The notes: generated by a model not told the origin, from the letters alone. Counted from the stretch's first letter, positions 1 to 7,416 are shown. The stretch is DNA of 12,932 nt from a virus (IMGVR_UViG_2529292920_000011:1-12932); one strand, 5' to 3'. Translations and numbers: made by a program.

Positions 1-11
1 GTTTGGGGGAA
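1..11. other. Partial invertase crossover site 1 (right half only; centre dinucleotide lies 1-2 nt upstream of the window)
   Basis: Window opens with GTTTGGGGGAA, the reverse complement of the left half of site 3 (TTCCCCCAAACC) minus one base. It sits at the 5' boundary of cassette A, as sites 2-5 sit at the other cassette boundaries. Confidence 0.5.
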
Positions 12-536
12 GGCTCTGCACTGCCCGTTGGTGTACCTGTTCCGTGGCCCTCAGCCACTCCACCAACGGGCTGGCTGAAATGCAACGGCGCAGCATTTTC
101 TTCTGAAGATTACCCCAAATTGGCACAGGCTTACCCCGCGAACAAATTACCGGATCTACGGGGTGAATTTATCCGTGGCTGGGATGATGGACGTGGCTTG
201 GATGCTGGGCGTGCCTTGCTAAGTCTTCAGGATGACTCTTTTGAAGCGCACAGGCATGAGTCCTTTTTTTATGCGGGTATTTCACGTAATGAGACCCCAT
301 TAAAAAATCTTCCAAGTTCAGACGAGATGCTGACTTTAAGTTCCACAACTAATGCCTTGTCCCCGGACAGTATTGATGCCACCAACTCGTTAATTGGTAA
401 TGACGATTACAACTGTCTTATCGAAGGGAATAAAAATAACAAACGAACAGCGACAGGACTGAGTACCAGTATTGTCGGCACAGCAGAAACACGCCCCCGC
501 AACGTTGCATTCAATTACATCGTAAGAGCTGCATGA
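3..536 (+). CDS. Tail-fibre C-terminal receptor-binding cassette A (tail-collar type), 5'-partial; the constant N-terminal part of the fibre gene must lie upstream of the window
   Basis: Frame is open from the window edge, so the 'M' in the track is an internal TTG (Leu). Conserved N-terminal block GEGSALPVGVPVPWPSATPPTGWLKCNGAAFSSE..LPDLRGEFIRGWDDGRG, an HxH motif (HRHES) and the C-terminal ETRPRNVAFNYIVRAA are shared with the other cassettes. Motif pattern matches phage tail-collar / MdpB-like fibre tips. Confidence 0.8.
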   Translation: MGEGSALPVGVPVPWPSATPPTGWLKCNGAAFSSEDYPKLAQAYPANKLPDLRGEFIRGWDDGRGLDAGRALLSLQDDSFEAHRHESFFYAGISRNETPLKNLPSSDEMLTLSSTTNALSPDSIDATNSLIGNDDYNCLIEGNKNNKRTATGLSTSIVGTAETRPRNVAFNYIVRAA

Positions 537-555
537 AAACGTTGGTTTAGGGGAA
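530..555. other. Crossover site 2 (gix/hix-like, 12+2+12)
   Basis: TGCATGAAAACG-TT-GGTTTAGGGGAA. The AAAAC..GTTT core resembles Gin/Hin sites (AAACC-NN-GGTTT). Overlaps the TGA stop of cassette A and begins the conserved leader of cassette B. Site 4 is its exact reverse complement. Confidence 0.6.
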
Positions 556-576
556 GGCTCTGCACTGCCCGTTGGT

Positions 577-1023
577 GTGCCCGTTCCGTGGCCCTTAGCA
601 ACACCACCAACGGGCTGGCTGAAATGTAACGGTGCAGCATTTTCTTCTGAAATGTACCCCAATCTGGCAAAAGCCTACCCCACCAATAAATTACCGGATT
701 TACGGGGCGAATTTATTCGTGGCTGGGATGATGGGCGAGGAATTGATGCAGCACGCGCTTTATTGAGCATTCAAACCGGGATGTTGGAAAAACACCGCCA
801 TATTGTTGTAGCTAACGATGGATATGACACAAAGGATGAATGGGAGTTGGCCACGATTTTCAAAAAAACATATACACAAGGCAGGGGGCTTGATGCCACA
901 AATACAGGAGGGAGTTTGATTCCATCACCAACGCTTCATTCACGAGGAAGTATTGGTAACACAGGTGGTAGTGAAACCCGCCCCCGCAATATTGCATTTA
1001 ACTATATCGTGAGGGCGGCTTAG
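577..1023 (+). CDS. Tail-fibre C-terminal cassette B (silent alternative cassette; frame is open from 526, through site 2)
   Basis: Same conserved N-terminal block (PVPWPLATPPTGWLKCNGAAFSSEMYP...LRGEFIRGWDDGRG), HxH (HRH) and C-terminal ETRPRNIAFNYIVRAA, with a different middle segment. No promoter or constant region is attached, so it is expressed only after rearrangement. Confidence 0.7.
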   Translation: MPVPWPLATPPTGWLKCNGAAFSSEMYPNLAKAYPTNKLPDLRGEFIRGWDDGRGIDAARALLSIQTGMLEKHRHIVVANDGYDTKDEWELATIFKKTYTQGRGLDATNTGGSLIPSPTLHSRGSIGNTGGSETRPRNIAFNYIVRAA

Positions 1024-1209
1024 TTATATTCAACTGGCTGCTGCCAGTGGTATTTCCGGCAAGTTGATATCTGGTGCCATGTTTATATCCATTGCGTTCA
1101 GCGCGTCTATATAATCCAGCACGGCGTTAAGCCGGGTGGTTTCTGCCTGCGTCAACTTCCGCCGGCCTGCAACTTCAACTGAATCAGACTTATGGAAGCC
1201 ATTGCCGCA

Positions 1210-1641
1210 TCAGCCAGTGACTGGCGCTTGGTTTCTGCCCGCTTCTACTGCGGCACTATGTTGTGCCTCAGTATCTGTCACCCATTTTTCACCATCCCAT
1301 TTATCGTATGGCGTCGACGGGGAGATAGTGGTTGTATTTTTCGGGTAGTCACCTAGCGTCGTGATTTCTTCGGTGTTTCCCGTGTCAGTGTTATAGACGG
1401 TTTCACCACGATGATCTGGCGTATACTCCCATGAATTTAAATTCTCCGAACGGCGGATAGCATAGCCCGCTTTATGTGCGCCCGGGGCATCTAAACAGGA
1501 ATTTGCCGGAATACCGACACCCGCAGCAAGATATTCAGTTGATTCGGAAATATATTCCCGTGTCTCACCATCATAGTTATAAACGACGATGTTTCCTGCC
1601 TGTACGGCAATAAGGTCATCATTTAATATCGCGTTATTCAT
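1210..1641 (-). CDS. Tail-fibre assembly chaperone (Tfa, lambda Tfa / Mu U family), N-terminal 143 codons ending at an in-frame TGA; probable pseudogene whose remnant extends to about 1030
   Basis: Recalled lambda Tfa pattern is matched (VYN.., G.PANS, W...DHRGETVY, Y.KW.G..WV.DTEA). Start ATG overlaps the stop of cassette C (TAATG coupling). Beyond the TGA at 1210-1212 the same frame still encodes a Tfa-like C-terminus (KLTQAETTRLNAVLDYIDALNAMDINMAPDINLPEIP) down to a stop at 1030-1032. Confidence 0.6.
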   Translation of the reverse strand: MNNAILNDDLIAVQAGNIVVYNYDGETREYISESTEYLAAGVGIPANSCLDAPGAHKAGYAIRRSENLNSWEYTPDHRGETVYNTDTGNTEEITTLGDYPKNTTTISPSTPYDKWDGEKWVTDTEAQHSAAVEAGRNQAPVTG

Positions 1642-2099
1642 TATGCGGTTCTCACAATATAATTGAAGGCAATATTGCGTGGGCGGGTTTCATTCCCCTC
1701 TGAGGATTCCGTTCTGTATTGACTGGTAAATCTACCGTTAATTGCACCTTGCCGGACGGCGTTATCTGTCGACAACAGACTATCCCCGCCTTTGTCATTT
1801 GGCACCAGTACCGTGTTATCCCACGCATCCCATGACCGAATATTATGATAATGACTTCCTGTTAACCACCCCTGCATGCTTAAGATGACCCTTCCGGCAT
1901 CCACCCCGCGCCCATCATCCCAGCCACGGATAAATTCACCGCGTAAGTCTGGTAATTTATTGGTGGGGTAAGCCATTGCCAGTCTGGGATACATTTCAGA
2001 AGAAAATGCTGCGCCGTTACATTTCAGCCACCCCGTTGGCGGCGTGGCTGAGGGCCATGGAACAGGTACACCAACGGGCAGTGCAGAGCCTTCCCCCAA
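1641..2099 (-). CDS. Tail-fibre C-terminal cassette C (the only cassette followed by a tfa gene)
   Basis: Conserved leader GEGSALPVGVPVPWPSATPPTGWLKCNGAAFSSEMYP..LRGEFIRGWDDGRG, HxH (HYH), C-terminal ETRPRNIAFNYIVRTA. The 'M' is an internal TTG; the frame opens inside site 3. Confidence 0.75.
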   Translation of the reverse strand: MGEGSALPVGVPVPWPSATPPTGWLKCNGAAFSSEMYPRLAMAYPTNKLPDLRGEFIRGWDDGRGVDAGRVILSMQGWLTGSHYHNIRSWDAWDNTVLVPNDKGGDSLLSTDNAVRQGAINGRFTSQYRTESSEGNETRPRNIAFNYIVRTA

Positions 2100-2116
2100 A
2101 CCAACGTTTTCATGCG
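2091..2116. other. Crossover site 3 (inverted relative to sites 1 and 2)
   Basis: TTCCCCCAAACC-AA-CGTTTTCATGCG. Central AA on the plus strand, against TT in site 2. Lies at the D/C cassette junction and overlaps the stop of cassette D. Confidence 0.6.
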
Positions 2117-2583
2117 GCTCTTACGATGTAATTAAATGCAACGTTGCGAGGGCGAGTTTCTGTACCTACATTTCCACTAATTTCACCAAACCGTTTTACA
2201 TTACGAGAGCTAATGGCTCGTAGTGAGGAAGGCACATTTAAACCGGGTTCGTCTGTTTTAACTATTCCCCCGTCCCCGTATGTAGCCAGTATTCCAGGGT
2301 CTACTCCTTCCCGTGTACTTCCCGCGGCAAGTCCACCCCCGGTCCATAATTCCATATAGTGTGCATGATCCAAAATTGTGTGTGGCTGCCAATTAAGCAG
2401 AGCGCGGCCAGCATCCACCCCGCGCCCATCATCCCAGCCGCGAATAAATTCGCCCCGTAAATCCGGTAATTTATTGGCGGGGTAGGCCTTTGCCAGATTG
2501 GGGTACATTTCAGAAGAAAATGCTGCACCGTTACATTTCAGCCAGCCCGTTGGCGGCGTGGCTGAAGGCCATGGAACGGGCAC
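2110..2583 (-). CDS. Tail-fibre C-terminal cassette D
   Basis: Conserved leader, HxH (HAH), C-terminal ETRPRNVAFNYIVRAA. Its first 63 residues are near-identical to cassette B, matching the inverted-repeat geometry. Confidence 0.75.
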   Translation of the reverse strand: MPVPWPSATPPTGWLKCNGAAFSSEMYPNLAKAYPANKLPDLRGEFIRGWDDGRGVDAGRALLNWQPHTILDHAHYMELWTGGGLAAGSTREGVDPGILATYGDGGIVKTDEPGLNVPSSLRAISSRNVKRFGEISGNVGTETRPRNVAFNYIVRAA

Positions 2584-2604
2584 ACCAACGGGCAGCGCCG
2601 AGCC

Positions 2605-2630
2605 TTCCCCTAAACCAACGTTTTCATGCA
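2605..2630. other. Crossover site 4
   Basis: TTCCCCTAAACC-AA-CGTTTTCATGCA, the exact reverse complement of site 2. Lies at the E/D cassette junction and overlaps the stop of cassette E. Confidence 0.6.
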
Positions 2631-3214
2631 GCTCTTACGATGTAATTGAATGCAACGTTGCGGGGGCGTGTTTCTGCTGTGCCGACAATACTGGTACTCA
2701 GTCCTGTCGCTGTTCGTTTGTTATTTTTATTCCCTTCGATAAGACAGTTGTAATCGTCATTACCAATTAACGAGTTGGTGGCATCAATACTGTCCGGGGA
2801 CAAGGCATTAGTTGTGGAACTTAAAGTCAGCATCTCGTCTGAACTTGGAAGATTTTTTAATGGGGTCTCATTACGTGAAATACCCGCATAAAAAAAGGAC
2901 TCATGCCTGTGCGCTTCAAAAGAGTCATCCTGAAGACTTAGCAAGGCACGCCCAGCATCCAAGCCACGTCCATCATCCCAGCCACGGATAAATTCACCCC
3001 GTAGATCCGGTAATTTGTTCGCGGGGTAAGCCTGTGCCAATTTGGGGTAATCTTCAGAAGAAAATGCTGCGCCGTTGCATTTCAGCCAGCCCGTTGGTGG
3101 AGTGGCTGAGGGCCACGGAACAGGCACACCAACGGGCAGTGCAGAGCCTTCTCCTAAACCAACGTTTTCGTCTTTATCCCTACCTATACCAACTATGTAT
3201 TTTTCACGAAACAA
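2624..3214 (-). CDS. Tail-fibre C-terminal cassette E (inverted duplicate of cassette A; silent here)
   Basis: Residues 20-196 are identical to cassette A. The frame opens only at 3226, immediately after a stop, so no constant fibre N-terminus is attached in this orientation. Confidence 0.75.
   Translation of the reverse strand: MFREKYIVGIGRDKDENVGLGEGSALPVGVPVPWPSATPPTGWLKCNGAAFSSEDYPKLAQAYPANKLPDLRGEFIRGWDDGRGLDAGRALLSLQDDSFEAHRHESFFYAGISRNETPLKNLPSSDEMLTLSSTTNALSPDSIDATNSLIGNDDYNCLIEGNKNNKRTATGLSTSIVGTAETRPRNVAFNYIVRAA
3149..3174. other. Crossover site 5 (outermost site, adjacent to the invertase gene)
   Basis: TTCTCCTAAACC-AA-CGTTTTCGTCTT. The inner half is conserved with sites 3 and 4; the outer half diverges, as expected for a site bordering non-invertible DNA. 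It lies 55 bp upstream of the invertase ATG, as gixR/cixR lie next to gin/cin. Confidence 0.6.
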
Positions 3215-3228
3215 AGAGGATGTTTTTT

Positions 3229-3828
3229 ATGCAAATTGGCTATATTCGTGTGTCAACAAATGACCAGAACACGGATTTACAACGCAATGCACTGAACTGC
3301 GCAGGATGTGAACTGATTTTTGAAGATAAAATCAGCGGAACGAAATCAGCCAGACCGGGATTGAAAAAACTGCTCAGAACGCTATCAGAAGGAGATACGC
3401 TGGTTGTCTGGAAGCTGGACAGACTGGGCAGAAGTATGAAACACCTGATCACGCTTATTGAGGAATTGCGGAAAAAAGGTGTTAATTTCCGTAGTCTGAC
3501 GGACAGCATTGACACATCAACACCCATGGGGCGTTTCTTTTTTCACGTCATGGGGGCTTTAGCCGAAATGGAACGTGAATTAATTGTAGAGCGTACACTG
3601 GCCGGGCTGGCAGCAGCACGCGCACAAGGACGCATTGGCGGACGTCGCCCGAAGTTGACAAAAGAACAACACGAGCAAATAGCGAGGCTGATTAAATACG
3701 GTCATGACAGGAAACAACTGGCGATCATTTACGACATCGGCATATCGACGATTTATCGTTATCACCCTGTAGGCGATATACAGGCTGAAGAAACAACCAG
3801 GCAGACTCAGGAAAATGAAAACCGCTAA
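3229..3828 (+). CDS. Site-specific DNA invertase, serine recombinase of the Gin/Pin/Hin/Cin family
   Basis: N-terminus MQIGYIRVSTNDQNTDLQRNAL with the catalytic Ser in the YIRVSTNDQ motif; central VVWKLDRLGRSMKHLI and GRFFFHVMGALAEMERELI; C-terminal HTH (GISTIYRY). AGAGGA Shine-Dalgarno 8 nt upstream of the ATG at 3229. The track ORF 3034-3828 is an upstream in-frame extension running through site 5 and is unlikely to be real. Confidence 0.93.
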   Translation: MQIGYIRVSTNDQNTDLQRNALNCAGCELIFEDKISGTKSARPGLKKLLRTLSEGDTLVVWKLDRLGRSMKHLITLIEELRKKGVNFRSLTDSIDTSTPMGRFFFHVMGALAEMERELIVERTLAGLAAARAQGRIGGRRPKLTKEQHEQIARLIKYGHDRKQLAIIYDIGISTIYRYHPVGDIQAEETTRQTQENENR

Positions 3829-3847
3829 TCTGACCATTAGCGGTTTT
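3818..3847. terminator. Bidirectional intrinsic terminator between the convergent invertase and gpU genes
   Basis: Perfect 12-bp stem AAAACCGCTAAT / ATTAGCGGTTTT with a 6-nt loop (CTGACC). The invertase TAA stop lies inside the stem. T-run on the plus strand; TTTTCATTTTCC follows on the minus strand. Confidence 0.6.
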
Positions 3848-3854
3848 GCGTTAA

Positions 3855-4349
3855 TCAAAACAGCCCTTTAACGGAGCTGGCCGCGCTGTTAAGAGATGAT
3901 GTCACCTTGTCTTTGAAGCCGGACAGCATATCACTGAACGATGAGGATTGCAGGCGCTCCCGCAAATCCTCATCACAGCGTTCAAGAGTCAGTGAAAATT
4001 CTATCTTTTTCGCCTTACCGTAGCGATCAAACTCGGAGCGGGTCGTATTCGTTTCAGTCAGTACATACATGCCGTAAATCTGCCCGACACCATCAATCAG
4101 AGGCCAGGGGCGTCCTGTATATGCCTGCGTGGTCAGCAGCGAAAGCGACACTTCGCCACCTGTAATTTCAGGATAAAGCACGCCAGAAAGCACGATGCGA
4201 TCATCACCTGCACCGATATACTGCCAGCTTGCTGAGCGGTTTACGCGCTCATTTTTCACATGCCGCCAGCTTTTGTTTTGCTGTAACTGCTGATGCGGCA
4301 ATGTGCGCAGCTCAAAAACAAACATGCCGTAGATCATCATCATGGCCAT
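3855..4349 (-). CDS. Tail protein gpU-like (P2 U family)
   Basis: 164-aa ORF directly downstream of the tape measure gene on the same strand, the usual gpU position. Contains WRHVKNERV and LSGVLYPEITGG segments that I recall from gpU proteins. True start may be an internal Met. Confidence 0.75.
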   Translation of the reverse strand: MAMMMIYGMFVFELRTLPHQQLQQNKSWRHVKNERVNRSASWQYIGAGDDRIVLSGVLYPEITGGEVSLSLLTTQAYTGRPWPLIDGVGQIYGMYVLTETNTTRSEFDRYGKAKKIEFSLTLERCDEDLRERLQSSSFSDMLSGFKDKVTSSLNSAASSVKGLF

Positions 4350-4355
4350 GACTCC

Positions 4356-7199
4356 TCAATCTTTATCGTAAAAACTGCCACGCCCGGCACGGGCGCGCCG
4401 TTCCATCTCTGCCCTGACCATTTCGCCGACCAGTTTCGCCAGTTCGCGGGGATTCTGTGTAACAACGTTATGCAGATGAACATGAATTTCACCACCAAAT
4501 CCGGAGGCAACAGGCTCCCGGTTACGGGAAGTTGCAGGAACTGATGCCACTGGCGATCGTATGGCCTCCGCCACCGGGCGGGAGCTGGCCGCAACAACAG
4601 GGACCAGCGCCGGAGGCAGCGGAGCCGGAACCACGGGTGTGATATTAATTGCGGGGGCAGGCTTACTGACCTGCGCAATCTTCCGCTCCTGCCACTCCCC
4701 ACGAACAGCAAGTGCGCGGGGCAGGTTCTTAAAGACAATATCGCCGGGGCCAATGCGTTTTTTCGTCTCATCAACCAGCTTACCTGTGTTATCAGCAATT
4801 TTGCTGAGTCTGCGTAGCGTGCCGGTATTGCTGTCTGTGAGCGGTTTGTTGTCTTTGGGGTTATCGCCTCCGGTGCCATTGCCATTTTCCACAGGCTTCG
4901 GCGGATTGATTTTCGCAATGTCTCCCTGAAACAGAGCAACCTTGTCCTGAAGAATGGCCGCACGCTGTGCGTCTTCGATTTTCTTTCTCGCCCTTTCCGC
5001 TTCATCCGGAAGCACACCGAGTTTTTCAAGTATCCACGCCAGCGTATCCAGCAACATTTTTGCAGGCGTCAGAACAAGCTGTAGCGCGCCACCAAGAACG
5101 TTACCGAATATCTCGCCAGCACTGGTACATTTATCCAGCGTTTCCTTGCTGGACTCCATCGGTGACAACAGCGATTTAAACCAGTTAAACACCTGGCTGA
5201 TCCCGCTTCCGATTGCGTCAAAAACAGGGCCAAACCGTTCAAAGGTTTCGCGCAACGGGGTCAGCCTTTCCATAATCCCGCTGAACACCCCGGCAAAAAA
5301 TGCCCTGATGGGATCCCAGTATTTCCAGATGAGAACGGCAGCTCCGGCAAGCGCAGCCACGATAAGACCGACCGGACTGAACAACGCCCCGATAGCGCCT
5401 CCCAGTAAAGAAACGGACCACGTCACCATTCCCCATAACGCAGGCAACACTCTGACAACATTCATTGACCGGGTAAGAATGTCGAAACCAAGACGCAGGG
5501 TGGCCAGCTTCCCGTAAAGCACCCCAATAACCAGTGACAACGAGCCAATCGTTGCAGTCATTGCCAGCAACGCACCGCCTGCTATCAGTAGCTGGCGCGT
5601 CAGTACCGGATGGGCCTGCGCCAGCGAGGTGATTTTTTCAAGCACCCGCGTGAACCACTGCGTGACAGAACGCAGCGGACCGTCAACCAGATCACTGATG
5701 CGAATACGAAGACCTTCCCATGCGCTGTCGAGATTTTTCAGGTCCCCATCAAGATTATCGGCCATTACTTTTGCGACGCGATCGGCCTCTCCCCTTGCCC
5801 CCTGCAATTCTCTGGTCAGTTTTTGCAGCTCTCCTGAACCAGCCGCCGCAACAAGCGTCTGCAAACCAACGAACGCCTCTTCTCCGGCGATGTCCTTGAA
5901 GAAGGAAACCTGGTCCACCTGTCCGTATTTTTGTGTCGCCTTATAGAGATCAAGCAGCACATCCTCCATCGGGCGCATTTTGCCTCTGGCGTCAGCAACT
6001 GACACTCCCAGCTCTTTCAGCGCATCAGCCGCAGCTTTTGGCGGTGATGCAAGGCGGGACAGACTTGCGCGCATGGCCGTACCAGCATCGCTTCCGCGAA
6101 GACCATTATTGGCAAGCATCCCGGCCATGGCCGCCGCTTCTTCAAGACTGATACCAAGTTTTGCGGCAACCGGACCGGTATACTTCATGGTTTCGCCCAG
6201 CGCGCGTAAATCAGTATTGGTCCGGGTGAATGCTGCTGTCAGCGTATCGCCAACCCGGTCCATTTGATCGGCTGTCAGGTTGAACTGTGTGAGGATATTG
6301 GAGCCTATATCAGCCGTCTCGCCGAGTTCGACGCCACCTGCCAGCGCCATATTAAGAACACCGGGCAATGCGGCCTGAATGGCCTGCGGAGTAAAACCAG
6401 CCATTGCCAGAAAGCTCTGCCCACTGGCGGCATCACTCGCAGTAAACTGTGTTTCAGAGCCAAGTTTTAACGCCTGCTCACGCAGCGCCTTAAACTGCGG
6501 GCTGTTTTTGTCGATTCGCGTCAGTGCCTGAACGCGGGACATCTCTTTGCCGAACCCGATCGCAGGCTGCAAAAAACGCCCGGCAGCATAGCCGCCCGCC
6601 GCTGCCGCACCAATTGCCAGCGCACCACCTGTTTTCAGTTTTCCCGCAGTTTCCTGCGCGCGCGAATACCGCTCACGCGCCCTCGTTACACGCGCAAGCG
6701 CCTGCCGTTCGCGTTCAAGCTGGTTGTTGTACTGTTCGGTGCGTCTGATGGCCTGCTGAATGGTGTTATCGCTGCCTGTCAGTGAAATGCCGTGGCGTTT
6801 CAGCTCTCCGCCAAGCTCCCGCATTTTCTGAATTTCCCGTGTGCGCGATTCATTCAGGCGTTCAAGCCGGGTGCTTAACTGCTGCATCAGCTTTTGTTGT
6901 TTTTCGCTGAGCACTGTACCCGTGCGTTGTAACTGATTAAGGGCGTTAAGCTGGCGTCGTGCTTTCACGATGCCCGCATCCGCTTTACTGACAGCGTCAC
7001 GGGCGCGCTCAAATGATCGCGCCTGACGCTCGAGATTTTTGATCGCCCCCTGCGTTCGCTGGATGGAGTCACCAAACTGCCCCATCAGGCGGCGGGCATT
7101 TTCGGCAGGCCGGGTCAGCCTGTCAACGGCGCTGAAAGCGACCCGGATATCAAGAGTCTTCATTGTCTGCATTCCCGCTGCGAAGTGCCGCCCGCTCAC
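4356..7199 (-). CDS. Tail tape measure protein (P2 gpT-like)
   Basis: Roughly 940-aa ORF with a coiled-coil N-terminal third, a Gly/Ala-rich central hydrophobic stretch (GALAIGAAAAGGYAAG) and a long helical/hydrophobic C-terminal half. Sits between the E/E' and U genes. True start is probably ATG 7172 (MQTMKTLDIR) or 7163, overlapping the E' stop. Confidence 0.9.
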   Translation of the reverse strand: MSGRHFAAGMQTMKTLDIRVAFSAVDRLTRPAENARRLMGQFGDSIQRTQGAIKNLERQARSFERARDAVSKADAGIVKARRQLNALNQLQRTGTVLSEKQQKLMQQLSTRLERLNESRTREIQKMRELGGELKRHGISLTGSDNTIQQAIRRTEQYNNQLERERQALARVTRARERYSRAQETAGKLKTGGALAIGAAAAGGYAAGRFLQPAIGFGKEMSRVQALTRIDKNSPQFKALREQALKLGSETQFTASDAASGQSFLAMAGFTPQAIQAALPGVLNMALAGGVELGETADIGSNILTQFNLTADQMDRVGDTLTAAFTRTNTDLRALGETMKYTGPVAAKLGISLEEAAAMAGMLANNGLRGSDAGTAMRASLSRLASPPKAAADALKELGVSVADARGKMRPMEDVLLDLYKATQKYGQVDQVSFFKDIAGEEAFVGLQTLVAAAGSGELQKLTRELQGARGEADRVAKVMADNLDGDLKNLDSAWEGLRIRISDLVDGPLRSVTQWFTRVLEKITSLAQAHPVLTRQLLIAGGALLAMTATIGSLSLVIGVLYGKLATLRLGFDILTRSMNVVRVLPALWGMVTWSVSLLGGAIGALFSPVGLIVAALAGAAVLIWKYWDPIRAFFAGVFSGIMERLTPLRETFERFGPVFDAIGSGISQVFNWFKSLLSPMESSKETLDKCTSAGEIFGNVLGGALQLVLTPAKMLLDTLAWILEKLGVLPDEAERARKKIEDAQRAAILQDKVALFQGDIAKINPPKPVENGNGTGGDNPKDNKPLTDSNTGTLRRLSKIADNTGKLVDETKKRIGPGDIVFKNLPRALAVRGEWQERKIAQVSKPAPAINITPVVPAPLPPALVPVVAASSRPVAEAIRSPVASVPATSRNREPVASGFGGEIHVHLHNVVTQNPRELAKLVGEMVRAEMERRARAGRGSFYDKD

Positions 7200-7416
7200 G
7201 CCAGCTAACCACTTCGCCGGGCGTCATCATGAAGATTTCGGCGGGCGACCAGTTAAAAATGGCGGCAATATCCGCCACCAGATCTTCGATGTGCTCAAAG
7301 CACACCAGGGTGATTACGCTGCCGTCTCCTGCACGCTCTTCGCGCCAGAGTCTGGCTCGCTCATAAAATTTACAGCCACAGCGCACAGCTGAATAAAATC
7401 GCGTGACGACATTTTT
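7150..7416 (-). CDS. E' extension frame (-1 relative to gpE); expressed only as an E+E' fusion by programmed -1 frameshift
   Basis: The -1 frame is open from 7416 to a stop at 7150-7152 and overlaps the 3' end of gpE (7314-7416). Slippery candidates lie in the overlap. Same arrangement as P2 E/E' and lambda G/GT. Confidence 0.6.
   Translation of the reverse strand, partial: KNVVTRFYSAVRCGCKFYERARLWREERAGDGSVITLVCFEHIEDLVADIAAIFNWSPAEIFMMTPGEVVSWRERAALRSGNADNEDS

Larger units (their letters stand above)
1..662. repeat. Left arm of a large inverted repeat (mirror of 2498-3159; position x pairs with about 3160-x)
   Basis: Cassette A protein (3-536) is identical over 177 aa to residues 20-196 of the cassette E ORF on the opposite strand. 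Shadow ORFs 390-662(-) and 2498-2770(+) encode the same 90-aa sequence with one substitution, which is only possible if the two DNA segments are reverse complements. Confidence 0.85.
2498..3174. repeat. Right arm of the large inverted repeat (mirror of 1-662)
   Basis: See left arm. Site 4 (2605-2630) is the exact reverse complement of site 2 (530-555), and cassette E is the reverse complement of cassette A with only a couple of mismatches near the sites. Confidence 0.85.

Noticed and set aside
390-662. 90-aa minus-strand ORF, and its near-identical twin at 2498-2770 on the plus strand
   Set aside because: Both are antisense shadows running across cassette junctions (A/B and D/E) opposite the real fibre cassettes. 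Their identity only reflects the inverted-repeat arms. No RBS, no recognisable protein features.
3034-3228. N-terminal extension of the invertase ORF (track start 3034) and the overlapping 62-aa ORF at 3075-3263
   Set aside because: The extension reads through cassette E antisense and crossover site 5. The conserved invertase N-terminus (MQIGYIRVSTNDQ) starts at ATG 3229, which has a good Shine-Dalgarno.
3818-3847. The hairpin considered as an extra invertase crossover site
   Set aside because: It contains AAAACC and GGTTTT, but at the outer ends of the palindrome rather than flanking a central dinucleotide, so the half-site geometry is wrong for a gix-type site.
3240-3858. Minus-strand ORFs 3240-3527 and 3580-3858 inside the invertase gene
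   Set aside because: Antisense to a clearly recognisable conserved invertase; low-complexity translations; no RBS.
4293-7392. Numerous 60-230-aa ORFs on both strands inside the tape measure gene (for example 4340-5029, 4561-4929, 4954-5517, 5629-5946, 5980-6267, 6524-6748, 7039-7392)
   Set aside because: All overlap the long tape measure ORF in other frames. High-GC coding DNA throws up long spurious frames, and their Arg/Ser/Pro-rich translations are typical of that.
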